Positions 1 through 9,960 of a DNA stretch of 64,000 nt are shown in pieces. The translations under genes were made by a program, and so were the position numbers. Where the stretch lies: contig JBFWJS010000006.1 in the NCBI GenBank assembly GCA_050253075.1, forward strand, positions 185,107 to 249,106, written 5' to 3'. How positions within the stretch are numbered: the stretch's first letter is position 1; each line of letters opens with the position of its first letter. The notes beneath the pieces were generated by a model. The model saw only the letters and a list, made by a program, of their open reading frames with translations. It made no database searches and was not told where the DNA came from. The stretch is from Deferribacterales bacterium (GTDB lineage Bacteria > Chrysiogenota > Deferribacteres > Deferribacterales > Geovibrionaceae).

Positions 1-1
1 A

Positions 2-532
2 TCCTCTTTTGAAGAGCTCATATCTAAAAGCGACATACTGATAGGCTTCACCCCCAGAGCACCGTTTGAGAATTCGCTCCAATTCGAGGAGCTCCGTACA
101 TACACAGGGGAAAAGCTGTCCGAGGGATTGACAGTCGGGCTGCTCTTCGGCAATGAAGCATCGGGGCTGAATAATAACGAGGCCGCTGCATGCACGAGAA
201 CCGTAGCACTCCCCACCAGCGAGGAATATGCCAGCATGAATCTGGCGCAGGCTGTCATGGTTACACTGTGGGAGCTGAGAGACACACCCTCCATATCCGC
301 CGAACCATCCGAAAAAGCCGATAGAAAGACAAAGGACACATTAATAAATGTTGTGTCGAACCATCTGGAGCTGATAGAATACTTCAACGGACAAAATCCT
401 GACCCGATAAAACAGGAGATAAACCAGATATTCGAAACAAAAGATCTGTCAAAAAGGGAAGCGGAAATACTCATCTCCGTCTTCGGCAAAAGCATAAGCC
501 GATACAGGCATTTACTGAAAAATTCCAAATAA
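2..532 (+). CDS. TrmJ/LasT-family (SPOUT) tRNA/rRNA methyltransferase, 5'-truncated by the window edge
   Basis: Frame is open from base 2; motifs LLFGNEASGL and SMNLAQAV are typical of TrmH/TrmJ SPOUT enzymes. Confidence 0.85.
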   Translation, partial: SSFEELISKSDILIGFTPRAPFENSLQFEELRTYTGEKLSEGLTVGLLFGNEASGLNNNEAAACTRTVALPTSEEYASMNLAQAVMVTLWELRDTPSISAEPSEKADRKTKDTLINVVSNHLELIEYFNGQNPDPIKQEINQIFETKDLSKREAEILISVFGKSISRYRHLLKNSK

Positions 533-551
533 TTTCACAAAATCTCACTAT

Positions 552-590
552 TTTACATTTAATTGACATTATTTTCACAGAGTCTTTACA
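552..590 (+). promoter_or_regulatory. Pho-box-like direct repeat array upstream of phoU-phoB-phoR
   Basis: TTTACA(552), TTGACA(563), TTCACA(574), TTTACA(585): four TTNACA hexamers at an exact 11-bp period. Confidence 0.7.
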
Positions 591-694
591 GCAAACGAGT
601 ATTTTTATCTCGTATCATTGAATACTAAGTTGCTGTATAATACATTTACACATGCAAAGAATAGATACTACACAATCCAAGAGGTGTTTATCAG

Positions 695-1375
695 ATGACA
701 ACTTTCAGACATGAAAAAGAATACGTCCAACTCAAAGGAATGCTGGCTGAGATGGCCACACTGGCATCTTCGATGGTCTCCGACTCTCTCAAAGCCCTAG
801 TGGAAAGAGACTCCGACCTCGCCAGAAAAGTTATTGAAAAGGACGAACACCTCGATCAGCTCGATGTTGATATCGACGAACACTGTGTTAAGATGCTCGC
901 CCTTTTCGAGCCGAAAGCAGTAGACCTCAGATACATCATCACCGCCACACGCATCATCATCGACATAGAGCGTATCGGCGACCATTGCGTCAGCATGTGC
1001 AGAGACATCCTGAAGATAAACGACCATCCTCAGCTGAAACCATACATTGACCTGCCTAACATGGCAGAAAGCGCAGTAGTGATGCTGAACGATGCCCTTC
1101 AGGCGTTCTTCAACGGAGATACAAAGATAGCTTTCGATGTTATCAAAAGAGACAGCGGTGTGGACCAGCTGAACGATCAGGTGATCAGAGAGCTGCTCAC
1201 ATACACCATGGAAGACATCAAGACGCTTCAGATAGTGCTCTGGCTGATGAACCTCTCCAGAAGGATAGAACGTGTCGCAGACCACGCCACAAACATCGCA
1301 GAGATGGTCTACTACATGGTCGAAGGCAAGATAATAAGACACACATATATAGAAGAAGTCGAAGAGGAAGATTAA
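695..1375 (+). CDS. phoU: Phosphate signalling protein PhoU
   Basis: Two PhoU repeats (IERIGDH, IERVADHATNIAE); RBS GAGG upstream. Confidence 0.95.
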   Translation: MTTFRHEKEYVQLKGMLAEMATLASSMVSDSLKALVERDSDLARKVIEKDEHLDQLDVDIDEHCVKMLALFEPKAVDLRYIITATRIIIDIERIGDHCVSMCRDILKINDHPQLKPYIDLPNMAESAVVMLNDALQAFFNGDTKIAFDVIKRDSGVDQLNDQVIRELLTYTMEDIKTLQIVLWLMNLSRRIERVADHATNIAEMVYYMVEGKIIRHTYIEEVEEED

Positions 1376-1376
1376 T

Positions 1377-2048
1377 ATGATAAAAGTCCTGGTAATTGAA
1401 GACCACGAAGAGATAAGAGACCTCATCTCTTATAACCTCGGCAAGGAAAGCTTTGAGACCATTTGTTTCGATAACGCAAACGAAGGGCTTATCCACCTTG
1501 AGAACAACGATGTGGATATCATCCTTCTCGACCTTATGCTCCCCGGACTGAAAGGGATGCAGTTCCTTCAGATAGTCAGAAACAACAAAAAATACTCCGG
1601 CGTGCCTATCATCATCATCTCAGCGAAAAACACTGAGCAGGACATCATAAACGGACTGGAGATGGGCGCAGACGACTACCTCACAAAGCCGTTCTCCATA
1701 AAGATACTGATAGCGAAGATAAACGCTATCCTCCGCAGAAACCCTGCGATAAAGTCTAAGGTGATATCCATCAACGGCATCAACATAGACACAAACAACT
1801 ATGTAGTAACCGTAGACGGTGAAGAGGTCAGCCTCACTAATAAAGAATATGAACTGCTTCAGCTGCTCCTTAAGCATCCGAAGAGAGTATTCACCAGAAA
1901 CCAGATACTGAACGCCGTATGGGGTTATGAATCTGATGTTTATACCAGAACGGTAGACACGCACGTCTCTTCCCTCCGCAAAAAGCTGGGAACCAGAGGC
2001 GCATTTATAAAATCAGTGCCTAAAATAGGATACAGAGCAGACATATGA
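1377..2048 (+). CDS. phoB: OmpR/PhoB-family response regulator
   Basis: Receiver (LLDLMLP, GADDYLTKPFS) plus winged helix (RTVDTHVSSLRKKL); located between phoU and a histidine kinase. Confidence 0.85.
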   Translation: MIKVLVIEDHEEIRDLISYNLGKESFETICFDNANEGLIHLENNDVDIILLDLMLPGLKGMQFLQIVRNNKKYSGVPIIIISAKNTEQDIINGLEMGADDYLTKPFSIKILIAKINAILRRNPAIKSKVISINGINIDTNNYVVTVDGEEVSLTNKEYELLQLLLKHPKRVFTRNQILNAVWGYESDVYTRTVDTHVSSLRKKLGTRGAFIKSVPKIGYRADI

Positions 2049-3763
2049 GATCTTTTATCAAAGTTTTTCTTATCATTTACATACCCATAGCAATACTGCT
2101 GGGCATCACATGGAACATAACAGACAAGCTCACTCTGGAAAACGCAGAGAAAGAGCTTCAGCATGAAATGGTCACAAAGGCCGAGATACTCAAAGGGTAT
2201 GACCTGCAGAATATCTTTGATGAAGAGCTCCATAACAAATTTACGCTTATATCCAAAAACTCTAAGCTGAGAATAACAGTCATCAGAAAAGACGGCTTTG
2301 TCGTCGATGACTCATACTATACCCCTGATCAGGTTTCCCAGATGGAAAACCACGCACACAGACCCGAGGTAAAAGAAGCATTTGAGACAGGCTCAGGCAG
2401 CATTATAAGACGAAGCACAACGACAGAAGAGCGCATGTATTACTACGCCAGTAAATACAGCGACAGCCTAGTCGTGCGTATCTCATACCCTATGGCATAC
2501 ATAGAGTCCCTCCGTGCAGACATGCTGAAGCAGAACCTTACTGTATACTTCATCATGATATTCATGGTCGGTCTGCTGACAATATACCTCGCAAGGCGCA
2601 TCAACAGCCCTATACAGCAGCTTTCTATCATCGCAGATAAGATCGAAGCGGGCGAGACAAAGATCTACTTCCCGTCTTTCAGAGACAAGACGATCACAAA
2701 GCTCGTCAGTGTTATATACCGAATATATAACTCTATGAACCAAAAGACAAAACAGCTCGAGCAGGAAAAGAAGAAGCTCAACCACATATTCTCCATCCTC
2801 GATGAAGGTATCGTGCTGCTCGATGCAAAAAACAATGTAAAACACTATAACAACACAGCAATAGAAAACCTCGGCATAAACCTCCAGCAGGATAAAAATG
2901 TGCTGACACAGACAAACAATGTGGACGCCCTCTCCTTCTTCTCCGAAGTGCTCTCACACGAAGAGGACTCACGTCTGCAGAAAGAGCATAAAGGCAGAAT
3001 ATACGAAGTTTATGTGAGAATATTCGAATCTGAAAAGCTGATAGTATTCTTCGACATTACAGAGCGTGCCGAATACGAACAGTTCAAAGCGGAGCTGATA
3101 GGCAACATCACCCACGAGCTCAAAACACCGCTCGCAATGATTATGGGCTATTCCGAAACTATCATGAACGACCCTGAGATGGATCCGAAGTTCCATGATA
3201 AATTCATCAATATAATATACAACAGCTCAAACAGGCTGAATGTACTGATAAACGACATCCTCCATCTGCATAAGCTCGAAATGCTGCAGGACAGCATAAA
3301 GGTCGAAGAGCCCACAGTGATCAGCGACATGAACGAAGAGATAACCACATACTATGCAGACAGACCTAAGGATGTGCAGATAGAAGCCGTCACAGGCGAG
3401 ATATTCGTAAACAGAGAACACATAATGAGCGTTATCACAAACCTTATAGACAACGCTATGAAATATTCCAAAGGCGACCACATTCACCTCAGCATTGAGA
3501 AAGACTCCGAATATGTCGTTGTAAAAGTTGCTGACCACGGACCTGTCATCCCCGCGGGCGAGCAGGAACGCATTTTCGAGCGTTTCTACACACTGGAAAA
3601 GTCCAAGAACCAAAACCAGACAGGAACAGGACTCGGTCTTTCTATCGTGAAACATATAGCGACACTTTACAAAGGCTCTGCAAGGGTCGAGTCAAATGAG
3701 AGAGGCGGGAACACATTTGTAGTGAAAATGAAGGAAAAACCTCCTGTCGAAGAGGAATTTTGA
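2045..3763 (+). CDS. phoR: PhoR-type sensor histidine kinase
   Basis: Two TMs, ENHAHRPEV periplasmic motif, H-box ITHELKTPL, N-box NLIDNAMKY, G2 GTGLGLSIVKH; ATGA overlap with phoB. Confidence 0.88.
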   Translation: MRSFIKVFLIIYIPIAILLGITWNITDKLTLENAEKELQHEMVTKAEILKGYDLQNIFDEELHNKFTLISKNSKLRITVIRKDGFVVDDSYYTPDQVSQMENHAHRPEVKEAFETGSGSIIRRSTTTEERMYYYASKYSDSLVVRISYPMAYIESLRADMLKQNLTVYFIMIFMVGLLTIYLARRINSPIQQLSIIADKIEAGETKIYFPSFRDKTITKLVSVIYRIYNSMNQKTKQLEQEKKKLNHIFSILDEGIVLLDAKNNVKHYNNTAIENLGINLQQDKNVLTQTNNVDALSFFSEVLSHEEDSRLQKEHKGRIYEVYVRIFESEKLIVFFDITERAEYEQFKAELIGNITHELKTPLAMIMGYSETIMNDPEMDPKFHDKFINIIYNSSNRLNVLINDILHLHKLEMLQDSIKVEEPTVISDMNEEITTYYADRPKDVQIEAVTGEIFVNREHIMSVITNLIDNAMKYSKGDHIHLSIEKDSEYVVVKVADHGPVIPAGEQERIFERFYTLEKSKNQNQTGTGLGLSIVKHIATLYKGSARVESNERGGNTFVVKMKEKPPVEEEF

Positions 3764-3861
3764 TTCTGACAAATATTTGACATACAAGTTTTTTACTTTT
3801 TTCTTGCAATTTTCTAACACGTAGTTATCCTATCGCTGACTAAATTTTTGGCGGTGGTGTA

Positions 3862-5529
3862 ATGCACGAACTGAATTGGGGTGCCATACTATTTGGGTTT
3901 ATCGGAGGTCTCGGTCTCTTCCTTTATGGTATGAAACTGATGTCCGAAGGTCTTCAGAAAACGGCGGGTTCCAGTCTTAAAAACATAATCGAAAAATTTA
4001 CTTCCAACAGATTCATAGGTGTCATCGTAGGTACAGTTGTGACTGTTATCATACAGAGTTCATCTGCTACAACCGTCATGGTAGTCAGCTTTGTGAACGC
4101 CGGTCTGATGAACCTGTTTCAGGCTCTCAGCATCGTTCTCGGCGCAAACATAGGTACAACCATCACAGCGCAGCTTATTGCGTTTAAAATAACAAAATTT
4201 GCCCTCCCTGCCATCGGTATGGGTGTGGCTATGGCGCTCTTTTCAAAAGATGCAAAGAAGCGTTACTACGGAGAGATCATCTTAGGCTTCGGTCTCCTCT
4301 TCTTCGGTCTGGAGACAATGAAGCACGCCTTCATACCTCTGAAAGAGGCAAAGGAGTTTGCTGACCTTTTCGTATTCTTCTCTGTGAACCCTATCGCTGC
4401 TGCTGCTGCGGGAGCCATACTCACAGTTATCGTACAGAGCTCATCAGCGACGATCGGTATCACCATAGCAATGGCTTCCACCGGTCTGCTGGACTTCCAC
4501 GCTGCCGCTGCACTTGTACTCGGTGAAAACATCGGTACGACAATAACAGCGAACCTCGCAGCCCTCGGCGGAAGCAGAACGGCGAAACAGGCGGCATTCG
4601 GTCACTTCCTTTTCAACTTCATAGGTGTGGCTTATATGCTGATGTTCCTGAGCGTACTGATACACTTCATCGATGCATACACACCGGGTGCGGTTGACTA
4701 TGTCGCTGCCGACGGTACAAAGCCATACATAGCAAGGCACGTGGCGAACCTGCACACGGCGTTCAACATCATAAACATGGTGATATTCCTGCCGTTCATA
4801 CACATTCTAGCGAGGCTGTGTGAAAAGATCATCAAGAGCGAATCTCCGAAAAAGAATCAGCTCCTCCGACTGGACCCTAACATGGTGAAAACACCGTCCA
4901 TCGCTATCGCTCAGGCAAAGAGCGAAGTGGAGCTTATGTCTAAGATGCCTGTGGAGATGATAAAGATCGTTCAGGAATCATTCAAAGAGAACAAATCAAA
5001 GCTGAAGCAGGTGAAAGAGATAGAGGGAAGGCTCGACATTATGAACCACGAATTCTCATCTTTCCTTACACTGCTCACTCAGCAAAACATCTCTGAGCGC
5101 ACATCCCACATCATAAACGACCTTACACACGTGATACACAACCTTGAAAAGATAGGCGACCACTCAGAAAACATCGCAAGATTCAAGGATAAGATGCTTA
5201 AGAAAGGGCTCGATTTCAGCCCTGAGGCAAATAAAGAAATAGACAATATGATAGACGTCGTTGTTAAGTTCACCGAAGACGTCATCAAGTTCTATAACCG
5301 TCCCGAGAGTATACACACCCTCGACACAGACGCAGAGGATCAGATAGACAGCATGAGAAAGAAGTTTAAGAACAACCACATGAAGCGTCTTTCCGAAGGA
5401 AGCTGTAACATAAACTCAGGTATTATATTCGTAGACATCATCAACAACCTCGAAAAGATAGGCGACCACGTCTATAACATCGCACAGGTCATGATGTATT
5501 CAAAGGACGAGAGCTTACACAAGGCGTAG
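3862..5529 (+). CDS. Na+/Pi cotransporter (NptA/YjbB family) with C-terminal PhoU-like domains
   Basis: Two QSSSAT motifs, GANIGTT and GENIGTT, two LEKIGDH motifs. Confidence 0.93.
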   Translation: MHELNWGAILFGFIGGLGLFLYGMKLMSEGLQKTAGSSLKNIIEKFTSNRFIGVIVGTVVTVIIQSSSATTVMVVSFVNAGLMNLFQALSIVLGANIGTTITAQLIAFKITKFALPAIGMGVAMALFSKDAKKRYYGEIILGFGLLFFGLETMKHAFIPLKEAKEFADLFVFFSVNPIAAAAAGAILTVIVQSSSATIGITIAMASTGLLDFHAAAALVLGENIGTTITANLAALGGSRTAKQAAFGHFLFNFIGVAYMLMFLSVLIHFIDAYTPGAVDYVAADGTKPYIARHVANLHTAFNIINMVIFLPFIHILARLCEKIIKSESPKKNQLLRLDPNMVKTPSIAIAQAKSEVELMSKMPVEMIKIVQESFKENKSKLKQVKEIEGRLDIMNHEFSSFLTLLTQQNISERTSHIINDLTHVIHNLEKIGDHSENIARFKDKMLKKGLDFSPEANKEIDNMIDVVVKFTEDVIKFYNRPESIHTLDTDAEDQIDSMRKKFKNNHMKRLSEGSCNINSGIIFVDIINNLEKIGDHVYNIAQVMMYSKDESLHKA

Positions 5530-8331
5530 TGAGTTCCACTCCACAGGGATGCGTATCACCGCTCCCTCTTTTAAAAGAGCATTTACAAAGCCTCTTTCTG
5601 CTCCGTGCAGGAAGAGGTTTTTTGTTACCTCAACATCCTTTTTGCAGTATTCGATGATCTTGTCCATCTGCCCTTCTTTATACCATTGCAGAGCCTGAAG
5701 CCCGTCGGCAGTCTTCGCTGCGCCTATTGTCGCACCTGCCATGTTGTCCAGAGAGAATCTGCGCCCTGTCTTATTCCGCACGTCTGACAGCATGTCAAAG
5801 ACGAGTGTTTTACCCAAATCTGGTATCCTGTACCCTGTGATAACCTTATTGTCGAATCCGATGTTGTTAAAGCCTATGATGCACTTCGCACCTTCCAGCC
5901 TGCTGATGAATGCCTCAGACTTCTCCTCGGTATAAACCTCGTACGCATCCTTTTCAAAGGAATATATGACCGCTGCGGATATGCCCATCTTATCGGCATT
6001 ATTCCACCCGCCCACATCGTCTGCGGAGTGCTTTGTCTCTATGTCGTATACTAATATGTCTGTCCTAGGCTTTTCCACTATCTCCACGCTCTCCTTCGGC
6101 AGATGCTCACCTGAAAGGAGTGCCTCCATGAGCATCACGGCCCCCGCCTTGTCCAGAGGATAGTTCCCGCTGCCGCATTTCGGGCTGTAGATACACGCGG
6201 GGCATCCTGTCTCACAGTCGCAGTTTTTCACAAGGTCAAGCGTGCGCTCGATCACCTCTGTGATGCGCTGATACACCCGTTCGTTTATCCCTATACCGCC
6301 GGGATATCCGTCATACATGAACACCGCCGAGCTGCCAAGCTGCGGGTGATAAGGGTATGATATACCGCCTATGTCGTCACGGCTGGCGAGGTAAAATGTC
6401 GGCACGACAGATATCATAGCGTGTTCGAATGCGTGTATAGAGCCCATGAAGTCGAGCTCCGCATCGGATATCTTCGCCTTTATGCTGTCCGGAACGAGGA
6501 CGTACATCCCCTTAGTGGAGAACTGTATGGGCATCTCCTCCAGAGCTACGTCGGCTATCTTTTCCCCTGTGCGGGTGGATATCTGCGAAAACCCCGTGAG
6601 CTGCTCCGTTACACGCATACCGCAGAAGCAGGACGATATGCCGTCCTTCTCCTTTTTTGCGATGGACTGCTCCACCATAGTGTTCTTATCCGTCGTGGGC
6701 ATGGTGTAATAGTTCCCTGTGAAGGGCTCTGCCTTTATGTCTTTCTTCGCCCTGTCCACGGAGCGTATTATGAAGCTGTTCCCACGGTGCAGATAGACCG
6801 CACCTTTGAAATTCTCCATATATGCCCGTCTGCCTGACGAAGTGGCGATCAGGGTATCACCGCAATAGATATTATAATTATCGCCTGCCATGCGCAGGTC
6901 TACGTCTCTGTATGGATATTTAACGAGGGTGAAGTAGCGTCCGTTCTCTTCATCTTTGAAAACGATGCTCTCCTCCACCATCTTTTCTATTATCTTTCTG
7001 TTCTTTGCAAAGTACGGCTCGGATTCCTCCACGGGCTTTTCATATGCGGCGCATCTTATGTGTGCCTTATTCACCGTTTCGTTCTCCGTGTCTATCACCA
7101 CGTTTTCAAACTCTGCCTGATACAGCTTTTCCGGATGTTTCACATAGTATTGATCAAGTGCGTCAAAGCCTGCGATCATTATGACAAGGCTGTCCTTGCC
7201 GCGCCGTCCGCTCCGCCCTGCCCTCTGCCAAAGGCTCATGAGCGAGCCCGGGTATCCTGCCATTATGGTGCAGTCCACCCCGCCTATGTCTATCCCCAGC
7301 TCAAATGCCGACGTGGATATCACTGCCTTCAGCCTGCCTTCGGCGAGGTCTGCCTCTATCTCACGCCTCTCTTCGGGGAGGAAACCCGCACGGTATGATG
7401 AAACTGTCTTTCCATATCCAGGGTCTGCTGCGAGAAGGTTTGCAAATATCCTCTCTGTCTGCTTGCGGGATTTGGTGAAGCAGATGGTCTTCAGCCCCGC
7501 TTCCAGATTTGTCTTTAACAGGTAGTTCGCAATGCTTACCACAGGCATGTCGGAGTTCATCATCAGGAAGTGCTTGCTCCCCGACGGCGCACCGCTCTCT
7601 GCCACGTGATAAAAATCTCTGGTGAACATAGTGTCTGCGAAGTCCTTTGGATTACCGATGGTTGCTGAACAGCTTATTATCTGCACATTCGGATACAGGC
7701 GCATGAACCTCGCAAAAAGGTTATACACATGGTTTCCGAATACGCCTCTGTATGTGTGGAGCTCGTCTACGACGATGTACTTAAGATTATTCAGGAAGTC
7801 TGCCCATTCGCTCTTTTTCGGCAGGACGGCATAGTGCAGGATGTCAGGGTTGCTGAATATGATGTTGGGCTGATCCTTCTGTATCTTCCGTCTCACCTTT
7901 TTGTCCGTGTCTCCGTCCACAACGGCGAGCTTTATCCCTTCGCCGAGGGGGATGTGTGAAAGGAAGTTCTCAAGATTGCGGAACTGGTCTCTCCCCAGTG
8001 CTTTCAGCGGAAAGAGATATAGAGCAGTCACATTACGGTTGTGGTACATGTCCTCAATGATGGGGAGGTTATAACAGAGCGTCTTGCCCGATGATGTGGG
8101 TGTGGTGATAAGGACATCCCGCCCCTCTTTCACCTTTTCATAGGCTTCTGCCTGATGGGTGAACAGGGATGTGATGCCGCTCTCCTCCACAGCGTCACGT
8201 ATTATCTGCGACTCTATGAGCGACAGGTCGCATGTCTGCGCCTGACGGCTTGGGAATATATGCTCAAAGGCTACGGATGAGCCTATTTTGCTGTTTTTGA
8301 TATTAGAGACTATCTCACTGATGGTGTTCAT
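5515..8331 (-). CDS. DEAD/DEAH helicase with DUF1998 (MrfA/Hrq1-like) fused to a C-terminal RNase_H_2/YprB-like exonuclease
   Basis: TSSGKT, DELH, SAT, QRAGRSGR, Cys cluster CDCETGCPACIYSPKC; C-terminal VYDIETK...GFNNIGFD...YCKKDV. Confidence 0.88.
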   Translation of the reverse strand: MNTISEIVSNIKNSKIGSSVAFEHIFPSRQAQTCDLSLIESQIIRDAVEESGITSLFTHQAEAYEKVKEGRDVLITTPTSSGKTLCYNLPIIEDMYHNRNVTALYLFPLKALGRDQFRNLENFLSHIPLGEGIKLAVVDGDTDKKVRRKIQKDQPNIIFSNPDILHYAVLPKKSEWADFLNNLKYIVVDELHTYRGVFGNHVYNLFARFMRLYPNVQIISCSATIGNPKDFADTMFTRDFYHVAESGAPSGSKHFLMMNSDMPVVSIANYLLKTNLEAGLKTICFTKSRKQTERIFANLLAADPGYGKTVSSYRAGFLPEERREIEADLAEGRLKAVISTSAFELGIDIGGVDCTIMAGYPGSLMSLWQRAGRSGRRGKDSLVIMIAGFDALDQYYVKHPEKLYQAEFENVVIDTENETVNKAHIRCAAYEKPVEESEPYFAKNRKIIEKMVEESIVFKDEENGRYFTLVKYPYRDVDLRMAGDNYNIYCGDTLIATSSGRRAYMENFKGAVYLHRGNSFIIRSVDRAKKDIKAEPFTGNYYTMPTTDKNTMVEQSIAKKEKDGISSCFCGMRVTEQLTGFSQISTRTGEKIADVALEEMPIQFSTKGMYVLVPDSIKAKISDAELDFMGSIHAFEHAMISVVPTFYLASRDDIGGISYPYHPQLGSSAVFMYDGYPGGIGINERVYQRITEVIERTLDLVKNCDCETGCPACIYSPKCGSGNYPLDKAGAVMLMEALLSGEHLPKESVEIVEKPRTDILVYDIETKHSADDVGGWNNADKMGISAAVIYSFEKDAYEVYTEEKSEAFISRLEGAKCIIGFNNIGFDNKVITGYRIPDLGKTLVFDMLSDVRNKTGRRFSLDNMAGATIGAAKTADGLQALQWYKEGQMDKIIEYCKKDVEVTKNLFLHGAERGFVNALLKEGAVIRIPVEWNSLRLV

Positions 8332-8375
8332 ATGAGAGTGATTCTAAACAGTCTCCGTAAGTGGGTCAATATCTT

Positions 8376-8594
8376 TTAACGGCGCTTCCAGTCCTCTTCA
8401 CCGCAAACAGGGCAAACAGGCTTAAACGGAGGATTTTTTGATCCGCAGTTCCAGCATGTCTTCATGATGAGGAAGTAGTAAGGCACTATGATGATGTAAA
8501 GTGCCACTATTATGGATGCCACGATCCAGAAAAGTTTGAATTTAAATCCAAGTATTAAAGAGATGATAAACAGAATTGAGCCAGTTCTTAACAT
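8376..8594 (-). CDS. Small two-TM protein with C-terminal zinc ribbon
   Basis: Two hydrophobic segments followed by CWNC-x10-CPVC; RBS-like AAGGTGG upstream. Confidence 0.65.
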   Translation of the reverse strand: MLRTGSILFIISLILGFKFKLFWIVASIIVALYIIIVPYYFLIMKTCWNCGSKNPPFKPVCPVCGEEDWKRR

Positions 8595-8671
8595 TGTTAA
8601 TCCACCTTAAACCTTTCTTATATAATATAATTATAACCCATCTGAGAGTTTTTGCAAAGGTTTAGTGTGAT

Positions 8672-9847
8672 TTAATCCTGCTGTTCGTCCTGATACTTTC
8701 TGGAACCCTCGTATACTTCGTATTCCAGCAGTCTGCACTCTATGTTCGAGTTCCAGAATACGTGGCGTCTATCAGCTTTAAGCCCGACCTTTTTCGCCAG
8801 TCCTAAGTTACCTGTAAAGATGAAGCATCTTCCGCCCTGACACTTGTTTTTGAAGAAGTCGCCGAGGTCACGGTAGACCGTCTCGAGCTGTTTTTCATCG
8901 CCGAGTCGCATTCCGTATTCAGGGTTTACCATCAGCATAAACTTGCCCCCTTTAGGCAGGTGGCTGTCACGGAAGTCGCATCTCTGAACGTGTATTAGGT
9001 CGCTGAAGCCTGCGTTTCTGATATTCGCCTGAGACGCCATCACGGCATCACGGCTTATGTCTGAACCGCTTATTTTGATTTCGCATTTCTTCATTTTAGA
9101 AGCTGCTTCGTTGCTTATCCTGTCGAAAACTTTCGGGTCGTATCCCACCAGATGCATAAAGCCGAAGTTTGTCCTGTAAGCTCCCGAAGGAGTATTAGTT
9201 GCCATCATAGCTGCTTCTATGAGCAGGGTTCCGCTTCCGCACATCGGGTTTGCGAAGTTGACTGTGCCGTCAAATCCCGCAGCCATGAGTGCCGCCGCTG
9301 CCAGTGTCTCCTGCATAGGAGCTTTCAGCGGGTTCTTGCGGTAGCCTCTGCGTGTGAGAGGTTCGCCGGATGTATCGATATATATGGCGCAGTCGTTCTC
9401 TTTCCAGTAGAGGAATATGACTGTTTTGTCTTCGTTAGGACCCGAGTCGGGGCGTTTCCCCTTTGTGTCTCTCAGGCGGTCGACTATGGCATCTTTCAGT
9501 TTATACGATGCAAAACGGGTGTCTTTGATGGTGGTGTTCAGCACTGCGGAGGAGACAGAGAAATATCCGTTGATAGGGATGATCTCTTCCCACTTTATCT
9601 TTTTAGCGTGTTTATAAAGTACGTCAGGATTCTGCACACGCATCTTCTCCACGAGGAAGAGCACTCTGTGCCCCGTGCGGATGTGCATGTTCAGGAACAT
9701 ACAGTCTTCCAGTGTACCTTCTGTCGCTATGGCTGCCTTACGTGTATAGAGGATAGGATAACCGAGGTTTTTCAGCTCCTGTTCCAGATACTGCGGTATT
9801 TCTTTCGGGCAGGTTATCAGTATTTCGCTTTTTTCTTTAAAGTTCAT
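8672..9847 (-). CDS. rlmL: THUMP-domain rRNA m2G methyltransferase (RlmL/YpsC-like)
   Basis: DTSGEPLTRRGYR, APMQETLAAA, NPMCGSGT, NPEYGMRL. Confidence 0.85.
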   Translation of the reverse strand: MNFKEKSEILITCPKEIPQYLEQELKNLGYPILYTRKAAIATEGTLEDCMFLNMHIRTGHRVLFLVEKMRVQNPDVLYKHAKKIKWEEIIPINGYFSVSSAVLNTTIKDTRFASYKLKDAIVDRLRDTKGKRPDSGPNEDKTVIFLYWKENDCAIYIDTSGEPLTRRGYRKNPLKAPMQETLAAAALMAAGFDGTVNFANPMCGSGTLLIEAAMMATNTPSGAYRTNFGFMHLVGYDPKVFDRISNEAASKMKKCEIKISGSDISRDAVMASQANIRNAGFSDLIHVQRCDFRDSHLPKGGKFMLMVNPEYGMRLGDEKQLETVYRDLGDFFKNKCQGGRCFIFTGNLGLAKKVGLKADRRHVFWNSNIECRLLEYEVYEGSRKYQDEQQD

Positions 9848-9902
9848 TTATTTTCACCACCAAGTTTGGGACTATACTTTATAATAGTTTAAATTGAAAG
9901 AT

Positions 9903-9935
9903 AAAAAAAGGACAGACATATGCATGCCTGCCCTT
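9903..9935 (-). terminator. Rho-independent terminator
   Basis: Minus-strand stem AAGGGCAGGCAT/ATGTCTGTCCTT (with G-U pairs) followed by a U-run. Confidence 0.65.
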
Positions 9936-9960
9936 ATGTGTTTTATTGTTCTTTCAGCAG

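Noticed and set aside
5515..8331. DISARM/Druantia-type defence system around the DUF1998 helicase
   Set aside because: No DNA methylase, PLD nuclease, SNF2 or other defence genes adjacent; neighbours are housekeeping genes
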